Shown: in pieces, positions 56,601 through 62,983 of the stretch
Layout: every line of letters begins with the position of its first letter
Position numbering within the stretch: the first letter of the stretch is position 1
Assembly (NCBI RefSeq): GCF_018977255.1
Contig: NW_024704743.1
Coordinates: 65,350,001-65,414,000 of the forward strand
Direction of reading: 5' to 3'
Length of the DNA stretch: 64,000 nt
DNA from: Callorhinchus milii
Taxonomy: Eukaryota
Program-made: the position numbers and the translations under genes
The notes under the pieces: generated by a model
Seen by the model: only the letters and a program-made list of their open reading frames with translations
What the model was told of the DNA's origin: nothing
The model's database searches: none

Positions 56601-59600
56601 GAGACATAGATCGAGACAGAAGATTAGCATAAAGAAAGTCAGAGAGTTTGATAGAGAGAGGATTGACAGTGTGATACTGCAGCAATAGTACAATTTCAGA
56701 TGGAAAAAGTTTTTGGTTAGCATTGCAGGCAATTTTACTTTGCGTGATAAATAAACCCATTATCCAAAATGGAGCTGGATCCAGTTAGTGCAGATATTGG
56801 GTTCTGTACCATACGCAACAAAATTCAATTGATTGAGCTGAGAAGTGGAAATGTAGAAATACAGCCTAGCTATGGTTTTAATTCAACTTGCTGTTGGCAA
56901 AATAATGTTATAAGGAGACAATGAAATAGTGCTCTGTGATTGTGTTGCTGTTGAACATGTCTGATTTCACCTCATCTGACTGAGCACATGCTGGAGTGTT
57001 GTACTTGGCGAGCATCTTTCAGTAACTGTTTTTTGTGATAAGTCACATTTCCTAAAGACAGAGCATTTCTTTCCAAAATAGCATTGTAATTCAACAATGT
57101 GTCTCACTGCTGTGCCAGATTTTTTCTTTTTTTCCTGGCTGGCAATCGGTTAAAGAACAATGAATAAAGGCCACTTCCTCTTGCTGGATAACCAGTTTAT
57201 ACAATCCTTTTGGCTAGAGCTTTGTATTGTGTTATTAACTCTCTGTTTTATGATGCTTAAAGGGGGCTTGATAGTTAAGAACAGTGTGGTTTAGTTTTTT
57301 TTTGGGGGGTGGGGTCTACATCAATTTTCAACCTCCAATATTGTTCACTCAATTTCTCTCCTACAAGTGACTAAATTGTCCTTCTTCTGGGATAATGATT
57401 CAAGGGCACCTGTTGCTGTTTGGTGCCTCAAACATGTGAAGTGGCTATTTTATGTCTTCTGGAATACCTCCCCCATCATTCTGTCTCAACTCTCTTTTTC
57501 TTCAAATCCTGCTTCATATCCTACCTCTTTGAATGTGATGCCACCTCCCCCTTCTCTCTTGCTCGGCATCCGATATGTTACCCTATATGAAGCCATGTCC
57601 TGGTTCTCGAAATGGAAGAGACAGAGAGAGGAAAATCAGAGGGGATTCATTAATATCTCATTCCTATTTACCTCCTAGTGGCTTACAATGGGTTTGGTGG
57701 CAGCCTGGGAGCAGTTGTTGTGTGTCCCAGGAAGATCAGGAAAATGGTGCTAAAATCCAACGAATATAAAGCTTAAAATTCTCTCTATGTTGACAGAACT
57801 TTTACTTGGATGAATTTGAAGACTTGATGGATGAGTTGCTGTTCCGGCTCAATGCCATGTCCAACAGTCTCCATCACGCTCTCCCACCAAAACAACCCCA
57901 TTATCTGGAGGATGGCAGCCCCTCTGCACTGGCTCCTGGATTGTACAGCAACCAGGCATCTGAGGTTTGGACTTCTACAATTCAAACAAATTGATATTCC
58001 ATAATTTTGTGTATGCCTGAATCAAAGGCAGACTGGAACTAAATGAAAAGCCCGATCAACTCTATTTAAAAGGAAATCATTTTGGAGAATAGAATAATAT
58101 CTACCAGAAACAAACATAGCAATGCGGTGTGTTGATGTTCTGAGGAGATATATATCCAAGAATAGTTGAACATTGGCAATTCACTGCCAATTAAGATCAA
58201 TTAAGATCTTTAATTTTGGACGCACCATTGGCTCAGAGAAGGCAAGGCAAGTGTAAGCGGGGGAGAAAGGCAGGCAGAGTCTACACCATATTTTTGTGAA
58301 CTAGTGAATCAATCTGAGCAACACTGGTAGAAACTGGCAGCAGGTTACCTGCTTATCCTCTTCACCATTGAATCAAATGATCCAAAAGTTGTCATGGTAC
58401 TTTTTTAAAGAAATAAATAAAACAATGTTGTGGCATAAGATGCCTTGCACAAAAGAGTATTTTATGAGCAACTTAACATAGGAGGCATTGCTATTAAAGT
58501 GTATTGTGTAACTTCAGCTAAAAAGTTGCTCCATTGCACTATAATGATATACCAAAGATGTTTCAAATTCATTTTTATTTTACTCATTTTACCCAAAACG
58601 TACACAGTCAATGTCAATGAAGCGCTTTGAGAATTCTCAACTACGTGATAAGGCGCTGTATCAAATGCAAGGATTATTATTATTATCATGGGTTGTGAAA
58701 TTATTGTTCTTTATTACAGAATCCTATATTGGATAAAAACCCCGTTCACAGAAAGTTGCACAAACTTGAAGAAGAACTGTTCAGAAACAATCAGGAAGCG
58801 TATGAACTTTTGAAGCCAGGGAGGGAATGCTGGTCTAACTCAGACATTACAGATATCAAAACTTTACGGTAAAAGATTTTTGCTATAGAGCCTGTGTAAC
58901 CCTTTGGAGTTCTGGTAGATCTATGGAAATATCTATTCTAGGTATCAAAAAGCCTTGCACATTTCCAACTTGTACACTGGGAAGCGGCAGAAAACATAAA
59001 TTTTGTACTTAAGAAGTTACTCAAGAAAGTTACTCAGGTGGCACAAATTGTATTACAATCTTACAGGAACAATACTACTTATAATCCAATAAATTGATAC
59101 AATCATGTAATTTAAAGTGATAATAATCCACAATAAATGTCACTGGTCCTCAAACCTATTCCCCTTTTCTCTACTATTCTCTATTCTAAATTCATGGTAA
59201 TTTCCTGGGTGTTTGAGGGACATTGCTGTGTGCAAATTGGCTGCTGAGTTTTCCTATAAATACAGTCACCTCATCTCACAGAAAAATTCTATGAAGTCCT
59301 TTGAGACATTTCAACATGAAAAAGCACTATATCAAGTGTGGGGCATCTTTTAGTTTTATATTTTACTATATTCTGCTTGTTGTAGCCAATTAACCATTTA
59401 TATCTTTAGATTCAGTTTCCTACCTTCATTATTCTATCTTCCACCCTCCAAGTAGGAAGCTGGAAGCAACATCTCTTAAAGTAGTTTTTGTTGGCTATTG
59501 TTGGCTAATGTACATGCCTGAAGATTGGCAGAATGTCCTTAGAAGCAACCCAGCCAACTTTCAACCTGGAAAAAGAGAATGGCTGATAGTGGGAGACAAC

Positions 59601-60698
59601 CTGCACACCCCCAGGCCTGAAGATCATATCCAATATAAATGCATGTTGGTAGATCCCTATGAGTTAAAGCTGTTCACTAAAAAGTAACTGGTGTTTTCAA
59701 CATTACGGTGTCACAGAATGTCTGTTCCATTTCTTCAGCTATCTTGAAATTAGTTTTGATGAAAAAATGGATATCAGAGTTTTTAATCAAAACATAAGGA
59801 GTTATTTTGCTCCTTGCACTCTATGTAGTGAATTCATTGACAAGGGCTAAGCAGTTTTTTTATCCTCCCTTTTTTCTCTCAAGCTTTATTTTTTCCTTCC
59901 CATTTTAGGTCCAAAGTTGAGTTGGAGACCTTACGTCAACTTCAGCTCTGCCAAGAAAATAATTTGCATGGAAAGTCTGAGAGCCCTCAGAGTGGTCGTG
60001 ATTCCAGGCACTCTCCAAAAAAAGTCAAGACTGATTCTTCCACTGTACAGAAAGACCGTTTGGTGCCCAATTGGAAAAGCCTCACAGTTGACTCTTGTGA
60101 TACTTTGGACTTGCTGGAAACCTCCTGCAATGCCATTTTAGAGTTGTGTAGTAGCCACAATAATTCACAACAGTCAGTAGATGCATTGAGCACCGAGCAC
60201 TACAATCTTGCAAAATTAGGAGACACTTTACCTCATGTATTATGTGGAATCAAATGTCCAGAGAAACAGGCAGCCCAGTCACGAATGATTGAGAGCAAAG
60301 TGGCCAGTCAGCAGCGTTGCTCATCGGCCAGTACCTCTGGCAAAAACCGTAAACAGCTTAAACGCTCCCACACTATATTTATTCAGATGCTCAACGACCC
60401 CAGTGAGCTGTCGGGTGGCAAAGTTGAGATTTACGAACAATTGGCTGTTCCAAATACTTTGCTTGATCCCTTGTCCCATTGCCTTGGAAACCTAACTGTA
60501 CAATCGAGTTCCAGCCAACCCTCTTCTGACAAAATACCATCAGAGAAAATGCGAGAGAATCAGGTGGAGAGTGAAGTGAAACCTGTAAAGAGAGCAGCAG
60601 AACCAGGTGAAAGTTCAGCTCTGTATTCAGAAGGGAAAACTGAACAGAATGAAAACATGAACATTTCAGATCTTCCAGGATCTGTCAAACATTGCTAG
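2271..60698 (+). CDS. PKD1L1: Polycystin-1-like 1, 5'-partial multi-exon gene (43 coding exons in window, ~2360 codons: REJ, GAIN/GPS, PLAT/LH2, 11 TM, channel domain, C-tail)
   Basis: Spliced translation follows recalled human PKD1L1 collinearly ([74 protein letters not shown]). All introns are GT-AG and phases are consistent through the TAG at 60696-60698. Confidence 0.95.
2810..3098 (+). mobile_element. CR1 LINE 3' fragment
   Basis: GH.L...[13 protein letters not shown]...FKNKLDRFL and (TTCTTATG)n tail. Confidence 0.75.
3141..3329 (+). CDS. PKD1L1: PKD1L1 exon w2 ([10 protein letters not shown]...GGGGERP)
   Basis: tttctttcag acceptor. Donor CAG|gtgaag is uncertain (in-frame alternative after 3308). 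Phase 1-1. Confidence 0.6.
3625..3843 (+). mobile_element. L2-type 3' end fragment
   Basis: [10 protein letters not shown], then ...gtgaaaggcgctatacaaatgtaa and (TTG)n. Confidence 0.75.
3952..4038 (+). CDS. PKD1L1: PKD1L1 exon w3 ([11 protein letters not shown]...FTDFA)
   Basis: ttcag acceptor, CAG|gtaact donor, 87 nt, phase 1-1. Confidence 0.65.
4185..4492 (+). mobile_element. L2-type 3' end fragment
   Basis: [20 protein letters not shown] and (TTG)n tail. Confidence 0.75.
4698..4763 (+). CDS. PKD1L1: PKD1L1 exon w4 ([22 protein letters not shown])
   Basis: tgtacag acceptor, AAG|gtatgg donor. Resembles recalled human DFEAYYSDIQEAIPSGGRQP. Confidence 0.8.
5694..5882 (+). CDS. PKD1L1: PKD1L1 exon w5 (GGGDGG...[20 protein letters not shown])
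   Basis: ttacag acceptor, CAG|gtaaat donor. 3' part resembles recalled human MIDWPKA...QGYSSSG. Confidence 0.85.
6431..6508 (+). CDS. PKD1L1: PKD1L1 exon w6, REJ ([26 protein letters not shown])
   Basis: ttttccacag acceptor, TAG|gtgagt donor; REJ similarity. Confidence 0.9.
6615..6757 (+). CDS. PKD1L1: PKD1L1 exon w7, REJ ([14 protein letters not shown]...[10 protein letters not shown])
   Basis: ctag/cag tandem acceptor, AAG|gtgggt donor; motifs GKAQL, CEVRP, FSIFC. Confidence 0.9.
7037..9050 (-). mobile_element. L2 LINE, ~2 kb 5'-truncated and frameshifted (RT domain + 3' end)
   Basis: Minus ORFs with [26 protein letters not shown](N)ETQL, SRLDYAN.LL.GLP, IQNS..C.L; L2 tail near 7040. Confidence 0.9.
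9055..9507 (+). mobile_element. CR1 LINE 3' fragment
   Basis: [14 protein letters not shown]..., [20 protein letters not shown]; (TTCTTATG)n tail. Confidence 0.9.
10915..11035 (+). CDS. PKD1L1: PKD1L1 exon w8, REJ ([12 protein letters not shown]...[15 protein letters not shown])
   Basis: ttgaag acceptor, C|gtaagt donor; REJ motif LPAG. Confidence 0.9.
12090..12495 (-). mobile_element. Deu-domain-like tRNA SINE
   Basis: Reverse complement of the family at 24480-24880 and 55108-55520. Confidence 0.6.
12845..12944 (+). CDS. PKD1L1: PKD1L1 exon w9 ([26 protein letters not shown]...)
   Basis: ctttgtag acceptor, CT|gtaagt donor; phase 1-2 fits neighbours. Confidence 0.9.
13720..13854 (-). mobile_element. 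tRNA-SINE head fragment
   Basis: Reverse complement of 62984-63110 (A/B boxes). Confidence 0.75.
14580..14772 (+). CDS. PKD1L1: PKD1L1 exon w10 ([15 protein letters not shown]...CSLNVTNQ)
   Basis: ttcag acceptor, CAG|gtatgc donor; LKNLS...TRIL similarity. Confidence 0.9.
14905..15280. mobile_element. Head-to-head fusion of two SINE 3' halves (fold-back)
   Basis: Minus SINE tail at 14905-15125 joined through ctccctcccttccttcctccc to a plus SINE tail at 15148-15280. Confidence 0.7.
15490..15780 (+). mobile_element. Deu-domain-like tRNA SINE
   Basis: gtcagcc..cagttggtagcactcttgcctctga.tcagaaggttgtggg head; gagtgctgcattgtcagaggtg core resembles SacSINE1/AmnSINE1 as recalled. Confidence 0.65.
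15789..15911 (+). repeat. ~62-bp tandem duplication (2 copies)
   Basis: aatcaa.acagtgaat...atcactgaaatcactaca.accaatttagt repeated at 15789 and 15851. Confidence 0.8.
16722..16778 (+). CDS. PKD1L1: PKD1L1 exon w11 ([19 protein letters not shown])
   Basis: cttccag acceptor, CAG|gtaaag donor. Confidence 0.85.
17476..17685 (+). CDS. PKD1L1: PKD1L1 exon w12 (VTSESAFIV...[11 protein letters not shown])
   Basis: Weak acceptor (ttaaataaag), TTG|gtaagc donor, 210 nt open, phase 0-0. Confidence 0.8.
18305..18547 (+). CDS. PKD1L1: PKD1L1 exon w13, GAIN ([10 protein letters not shown]...[14 protein letters not shown])
   Basis: ctttcag acceptor, CAG|gttggt donor; FxxNPY motif. Confidence 0.9.
19645..19758 (+). 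CDS. PKD1L1: PKD1L1 exon w14 ([17 protein letters not shown]...[12 protein letters not shown])
   Basis: cacatag acceptor, AGA|gtaagt donor. Confidence 0.9.
20271..20422 (+). CDS. PKD1L1: PKD1L1 exon w15 ([11 protein letters not shown]...AFPIMLLMR)
   Basis: tttgcag acceptor, AG|gtacga donor; LQIE...AFPxMLL similarity. Confidence 0.9.
20520..20620 (+). CDS. PKD1L1: PKD1L1 exon w16 ([18 protein letters not shown]...FIPAGSLM)
   Basis: tcaatag acceptor, G|gtttgt donor; PTPS...KQIY.W similarity. Confidence 0.9.
20800..21143 (+). mobile_element. tRNA-derived SINE
   Basis: tagcatagtggtt..ggtttgattcccaggcagggcgaaaccttaggcaagtttcc head and shared tail ending caaggattattattat. Confidence 0.75.
22009..22204 (+). 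CDS. PKD1L1: PKD1L1 exon w17, first half of GPS ([10 protein letters not shown]...[15 protein letters not shown]...INC)
   Basis: ttcttcag acceptor, AG|gtaaaa donor; GPS C-x2-W...W-x4-C pattern. Confidence 0.95.
23032..23118 (+). CDS. PKD1L1: PKD1L1 exon w18, GPS cleavage site ([14 protein letters not shown]...)
   Basis: tgtatcag acceptor, AG|gtgggt donor; CxCxHLTxF motif. Confidence 0.9.
24123..24330 (+). CDS. PKD1L1: PKD1L1 exon w19, TM1 and start of PLAT (…[18 protein letters not shown])
   Basis: tttcacag acceptor, AAG|gtattt donor; hydrophobic TM followed by YxIxxxTG...AGTT. Confidence 0.95.
24480..24885 (+). mobile_element. Deu-domain-like tRNA SINE, near full length
   Basis: Same head and core as 15490 and 55108, plus the shared 3' tail. 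Confidence 0.7.
26083..26189 (+). CDS. PKD1L1: PKD1L1 exon w20, PLAT ([17 protein letters not shown]...[11 protein letters not shown])
   Basis: ttctcag acceptor, AG|gtattt donor; PLAT motif FERNS. Confidence 0.95.
26620..27550 (+). mobile_element. Degenerate L2 fragment
   Basis: [35 protein letters not shown] similarity to 7037-9050. Confidence 0.75.
27706..27922 (+). CDS. PKD1L1: PKD1L1 exon w21, PLAT ([21 protein letters not shown]...WFFPAECWL)
   Basis: ttcatag acceptor, AAG|gtaatg donor; WHDN..SPSW PLAT signature. Confidence 0.95.
28405..28578 (+). CDS. PKD1L1: PKD1L1 exon w22, TM2 ([16 protein letters not shown]...QRLTVC)
   Basis: caccag acceptor, GAG|gtcaga donor. Confidence 0.95.
28692..28811 (+). 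CDS. PKD1L1: PKD1L1 exon w23, TM3 ([11 protein letters not shown]...SLLFRFSK)
   Basis: tttccag acceptor, AAG|gtgagc donor. Confidence 0.92.
28913..28988 (+). CDS. PKD1L1: PKD1L1 exon w24, cytoplasmic loop ([13 protein letters not shown]...YSVE)
   Basis: cacattag acceptor, AAG|gtgaga donor; provides the required phase 0-to-1 change. Confidence 0.7.
29779..29882 (+). CDS. PKD1L1: PKD1L1 exon w25 (AHHTALL...[21 protein letters not shown])
   Basis: tatcttag acceptor, GAG|gtgagt donor; phase 1-0. Confidence 0.75.
30445..31284 (+). mobile_element. CR1 LINE 3' fragment with an internal inverted duplication
   Basis: [36 protein letters not shown]; tail ttctatgttcctatg. Confidence 0.9.
31530..31793 (+). 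mobile_element. L2-type 3' end fragment
   Basis: ttcaaggccggtctcaagacc..gaaaggcgctctataaatgg and (TTG)n. Confidence 0.75.
31887..32079 (+). CDS. PKD1L1: PKD1L1 exon w26, Ser-rich loop (RGLLESRV...SSSGFEDC...DYSS)
   Basis: ttgctcag acceptor, CAG|gtagca donor; phase 0-1. Confidence 0.7.
32660..33452. mobile_element. Non-autonomous Tc1/mariner-pogo(Tigger)-like element (MITE), 793 bp
   Basis: TIRs CAGTGAAACTC.GATAACTCA / TGAGTTATCAAGAGTTTCACTG, flanked by TA on both sides. Confidence 0.8.
33929..34067 (+). CDS. PKD1L1: PKD1L1 exon w27, TM4 ([15 protein letters not shown]...)
   Basis: tttccag acceptor, AG|gtaaga donor; LPxWC..AW motif. Confidence 0.92.
34175..34259 (+). CDS. PKD1L1: PKD1L1 exon w28, TM5 ([16 protein letters not shown]...IQPTT)
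   Basis: tttacag acceptor, ACA|gtaagt donor. Confidence 0.92.
36563..36751 (+). CDS. PKD1L1: PKD1L1 exon w29 ([14 protein letters not shown]...MDIDW)
   Basis: ctctccag acceptor, TGG|gtaaag donor; phase 0-0. Confidence 0.85.
37708..37755. repeat. (CA)n microsatellite, imperfect
   Basis: Directly visible. Confidence 0.9.
37760..38205 (+). mobile_element. L2 fragment
   Basis: [34 protein letters not shown]. Confidence 0.8.
38206..38438 (-). mobile_element. tRNA-SINE (5'-truncated) inserted in L2
   Basis: Reverse complement of 63070-63298; L2-like sequence resumes after 38440. Confidence 0.8.
38551..38985 (+). mobile_element. Second copy of the composite repeat (SINE tail + unassigned segment + L2 3' end)
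   Basis: Inverted homology with 104-536. Confidence 0.75.
39324..39442 (+). CDS. PKD1L1: PKD1L1 exon w30 ([17 protein letters not shown]...RMRKE)
   Basis: attcag acceptor, CG|gtatta donor; strong similarity to recalled AARQQARHLRWAHPP. Confidence 0.92.
39588..39698 (+). CDS. PKD1L1: PKD1L1 exon w31, channel S1 (EFVLYLLML...[14 protein letters not shown])
   Basis: ttttccag acceptor, GG|gtatga donor. Confidence 0.93.
40268..40391 (+). CDS. PKD1L1: PKD1L1 exon w32, TOP/polycystin domain ([17 protein letters not shown])
   Basis: cttacag acceptor, CAG|gtacct donor. Confidence 0.92.
40944..41085. repeat. 21-bp minisatellite (GCCCCTTGCCTGGTCAATCCT), about 6.5 copies
   Basis: Directly visible; translates as NPAPCLV repeats; degenerate units continue to ~41175. 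Confidence 0.9.
41279..41362 (+). CDS. PKD1L1: PKD1L1 exon w33 ([21 protein letters not shown]...CE)
   Basis: tttgtag acceptor, GAG|gtgagt donor; GKCYLIG motif. Confidence 0.92.
43328..43503 (+). CDS. PKD1L1: PKD1L1 exon w34 ([12 protein letters not shown]...IINLGRT)
   Basis: attttag acceptor, TG|gtaaga donor; LGRT motif. Confidence 0.88.
43770..44455 (-). mobile_element. Degenerate L2 3' fragment
   Basis: FNPQLSFLP..., QNSAAHIL, PII.VLVRLH; L2 tail near 43770. Confidence 0.7.
44458..45971 (-). mobile_element. Penelope-like retroelement (Neptune-like), 5'-truncated and frameshifted
   Basis: RT motifs [40 protein letters not shown]; Cys-rich linker [24 protein letters not shown] start of the GIY-YIG nuclease; 3' gatgctgcctgacctgctgag. 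Confidence 0.9.
46370..47108 (+). mobile_element. L2 3' fragment, relatively well preserved
   Basis: 130-aa ORF FDPQLSF...[15 protein letters not shown]...IQNSAARVL...LHWLP; (TTG)n tail. Confidence 0.9.
47275..47652 (+). mobile_element. Degenerate L2 3' fragment abutting the exon w35 acceptor
   Basis: [20 protein letters not shown]; tail gatgtgaaaggcgctttataaatgtaa. Confidence 0.65.
47662..47896 (+). CDS. PKD1L1: PKD1L1 exon w35 ([24 protein letters not shown]...)
   Basis: cctttag acceptor, GAG|gtgaga donor; polycystin WIDR.TR...FTLYN signature. Confidence 0.95.
48764..48868 (+). CDS. PKD1L1: PKD1L1 exon w36, S2 ([14 protein letters not shown]...WNWLE)
   Basis: tttgcag acceptor, GAG|gtcaga donor; NWLE motif. 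Confidence 0.93.
49532..49672 (+). CDS. PKD1L1: PKD1L1 exon w37, S3 ([11 protein letters not shown]...[13 protein letters not shown])
   Basis: tgtccag acceptor, CAG|gtgagg donor. Confidence 0.93.
50134..50268 (+). CDS. PKD1L1: PKD1L1 exon w38, S4 ([16 protein letters not shown]...)
   Basis: tccttag acceptor, ATG|gtaagg donor. Confidence 0.92.
50312..50417 (+). repeat. ~106-bp repeat, copy 1
   Basis: About 90% identical by eye to 52014-52119. Confidence 0.85.
50567..50744. mobile_element. Short MITE related to 32660-33452 (178 bp)
   Basis: TA|CAGTAAACTCCTGATAACTCATCAC ... AGTTATGCGGTGTTTACTG|TA. Confidence 0.7.
51660..51890 (+). CDS. PKD1L1: PKD1L1 exon w39, S5-pore-S6 ([18 protein letters not shown]...LWAGL)
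   Basis: attacag acceptor, TTG|gtaagt donor. Confidence 0.92.
52014..52119 (+). repeat. ~106-bp repeat, copy 2
   Basis: About 90% identical by eye to 50312-50417. Confidence 0.85.
54128..54292 (+). CDS. PKD1L1: PKD1L1 exon w40 ([14 protein letters not shown]...STQGN)
   Basis: tttttag acceptor, weak AAT|gtaata donor; phase 0-0. Confidence 0.85.
54328..54736 (-). mobile_element. Deu-domain-like tRNA SINE, near full length
   Basis: Reverse complement of the 55108-55520 family. Confidence 0.7.
55108..55521 (+). mobile_element. Deu-domain-like tRNA SINE, near full length
   Basis: A box ggctcagttgatagc, B box gggttcaagccc, core and shared tail. Confidence 0.75.
57797..57964 (+). CDS. PKD1L1: PKD1L1 exon w41, helical C-tail ([25 protein letters not shown]...QASE)
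   Basis: tgacag acceptor, GAG|gtttgg donor; matches recalled NYYLDEFANLLDELLMKINGLSDSL. Confidence 0.92.
58720..58868 (+). CDS. PKD1L1: PKD1L1 exon w42 ([21 protein letters not shown]...DIKTL)
   Basis: ttattacag acceptor, CG|gtaaaa donor; phase 0-2 links w41 to w43. Confidence 0.7.
59909..60698 (+). CDS. PKD1L1: PKD1L1 terminal exon w43 ([13 protein letters not shown]...GSVKHC*)
   Basis: Long polypyrimidine tract ending cattttag; 262-codon open frame (ORF track 59922..60698) in phase with w42. Confidence 0.75.
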
Positions 60699-61136
60699 TA
60701 ACTAAACAGGTCTTGAAATATGACAAGACTCTTCATCCATATTGCAATTGTTATCTCTTTGATAACTGAAATTTGTATTTTCAAACAAATACAATGTACA
60801 CTTTTTAGATGTGGAAAATGTTTTACAGCAAGTTTGACTCATTGATATTGTATTAAAATTAGAGAAATATATAGATCATTTCTGAATTCATATCAACTAT
60901 TTCTGTGATTTTTAAAATGCATATATATATATCTATACAGATATATATATTAGGATATATATTCATTATATTGCATTTTGTTAGCTAATAAGTACCAAAC
61001 ATGTAGCTGAATTCAATTATAGAATCCCACTAAGGTTTTCTTTATTTATCAGCTATGCTCATGTTTGTTTCAGTGTTTTTGAAGCCAGAGATTTAACAAG
61101 TATCACAATATTGAAAGTTACAATACTATTAGTATT

Positions 61137-61142
61137 AATAAA
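61137..61142 (+). promoter_or_regulatory. Candidate polyadenylation signal (AATAAA)
   Basis: AATAAA about 440 nt after the stop, in an AT-rich putative 3'UTR. Confidence 0.35.
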
Positions 61143-61526
61143 ATTGTTTTGTTTCCAACTAAGATAGTAAAATGTGGTTACAATTATTATAACAGTCTTA
61201 AATAACTGATGTTTTAAAGATACATGTTTACATTGTTAATAGTGGTTATGTTTTTACATAAAGAATAATAATGTGTATACTTTGCTTTTAAAAAGCTACA
61301 TGTAAAGTTAACTCATTCTGAGGCCAATGGATACCCAGTACAGAAACATGGCCACAGTAATAATTTAGATGAATTAGAAGTCCACATTTGATTCTTGTGT
61401 AAGGCTCTTCAGACTAATGCGCTGCAAGATATAGTTTATCAACAATGAATGTTTTTGTGACTTTTGCACATATAGAGATAACTGGCTTCACTGTGTTGTG
61501 ATCCAGATTGTTTGAATGATTGTTAA

Positions 61527-61536
61527 AATAAATAAA
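61527..61536 (+). promoter_or_regulatory. Candidate polyadenylation signal (overlapping AATAAATAAA)
   Basis: Double hexamer followed by T/GT-rich sequence. Confidence 0.4.
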
Positions 61537-62461
61537 AAGGTTTATGTACAACAAATTGTGAATTGCTTGATACTTTTATATGCTTGTTTCTGTGAAATGT
61601 CAGAGCATGAAGACGAGGCTTGTTCATTTAAATGTGTAAAACAAATAGTCAGTGATGTATATAATACATTACTTGGATATGAGCATCTCCAACCATTGTG
61701 ATACTCAGTGGGAATTAATGTGATACCTATACGTGTTTTGTACATTTATAACACTAGGCTGCATTGTATCTTGCAAAACAAAAATTGGAATTTCATTTAT
61801 TTCTTGACCATGACAAAAGACATACATGCCTCCAAGATGCACAGTGGCTACACTTTACAGTAAAATCCTGTGAAGAGCTTTGAGATGTCTTTGCGAGGAC
61901 TATTATATGACAAATCCTTCACATACAATACACAAACAATCTATAAATATGAATGGGCAAGAAGTAAAGCCATGGCTTTGGTGCTGGAAACGTTCAAGTA
62001 CAGGTAGTCTGTGTTTCACAATCAAATGAAATGAGACATACATTATGTTAAGGATCTAATTAGGTGCCATAAAATCCTTAACAAAATGTATGCCCCTATT
62101 TATCTTTATCATTGAATTGTCATTTGTTGTTTATTAGCTTATGACTTGACCACTTTAGATGGTGGTGATATCAGCAAAGTCAAAAAATCACTTTGGATAA
62201 TATCTATAGAACTATTGACGAATACAGAAATATAGAGGAAATAGATGAAGATTATGATTTTACCTGAAAATGTAGGCAAATACAGTATCAATGGGAACAC
62301 TGTTTATTTTTGAGTGCTTTTGTGCCCATTTGTTTACCTCACTAAATGACACTGATGTTTTGAAGGAATCATACACTTTGAAAATATCCTCCACCTACAA
62401 TATTATGAGCAGTACATGTACATAGTAAGGTTTTCTTTGCTGCATAGAGAAATAGATAGAA

Positions 62462-62845
62462 ATCAGCCTGACTCAGTTGGTAGCACTCTTGCCTCCGAGT
62501 CAAAATTTGAACTCACATCATATAAGCTGACACTCCAATGGGGGCTATTGCATTGTTAGAGGTCCTGTCCTTCAAATGAGACATTAAATCGAGGTCCCAT
62601 CTGCTTATTCAGGTGGACGTTCATTTCCCCCCTGCTCGAGTCCTGACCCAACTGTCCAGCGCCTTGGGACGTTCTCCCGACGTGAAAGGCGCTCTATAAA
62701 TGGAATCTTGTTGTTGTTGTTGACGTTAGAGATCCCATGGCACTATTTGAAAAGATAAGGGAGTTTCTTCTGGCCAACAATTCCCCCAGTAAAATTGGTT
62801 ATTCACTTCATGGTTGTTTGTGGGACATTGCTGTATGCAAATTGC
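62462..62845 (+). mobile_element. Deu-domain-like SINE interrupted by a 100-bp L2 tail (62622-62721)
   Basis: SINE head and core; insert flanked by a GACGTT duplication. Confidence 0.7.
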
Positions 62846-62983
62846 CCACACACAAAAAAACTATCCTCATTCCACCTTATAGTGTATCTGGTGAAGTGCT
62901 CAGAGATGCCTTCCTGAGAATAGATGTCCTCCAGGAGTTGGAGCTGGAGGAGGGGGCACTACCCATGTACTATATCCCATAAC

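Noticed and set aside
57525..57599. Possible antisense exon (pyrimidine tract, ccag…gag|gtagga; [15 protein letters not shown])
   Set aside because: Competing AG nearby, no recognisable homology and no partner exons; cannot be supported without transcripts.
59922..60698. 258-aa ORF as a separate single-exon gene
   Set aside because: Begins at TTG just after a strong acceptor and is in phase with upstream PKD1L1 exons; better explained as the terminal exon.
2271..60698. Alternative assignment to PKD1, PKD1L2, PKD1L3 or PKDREJ because of the intact HLT site
   Set aside because: Paralogue-specific motifs ([43 protein letters not shown]) match PKD1L1 as recalled; reciprocal BLAST would confirm.
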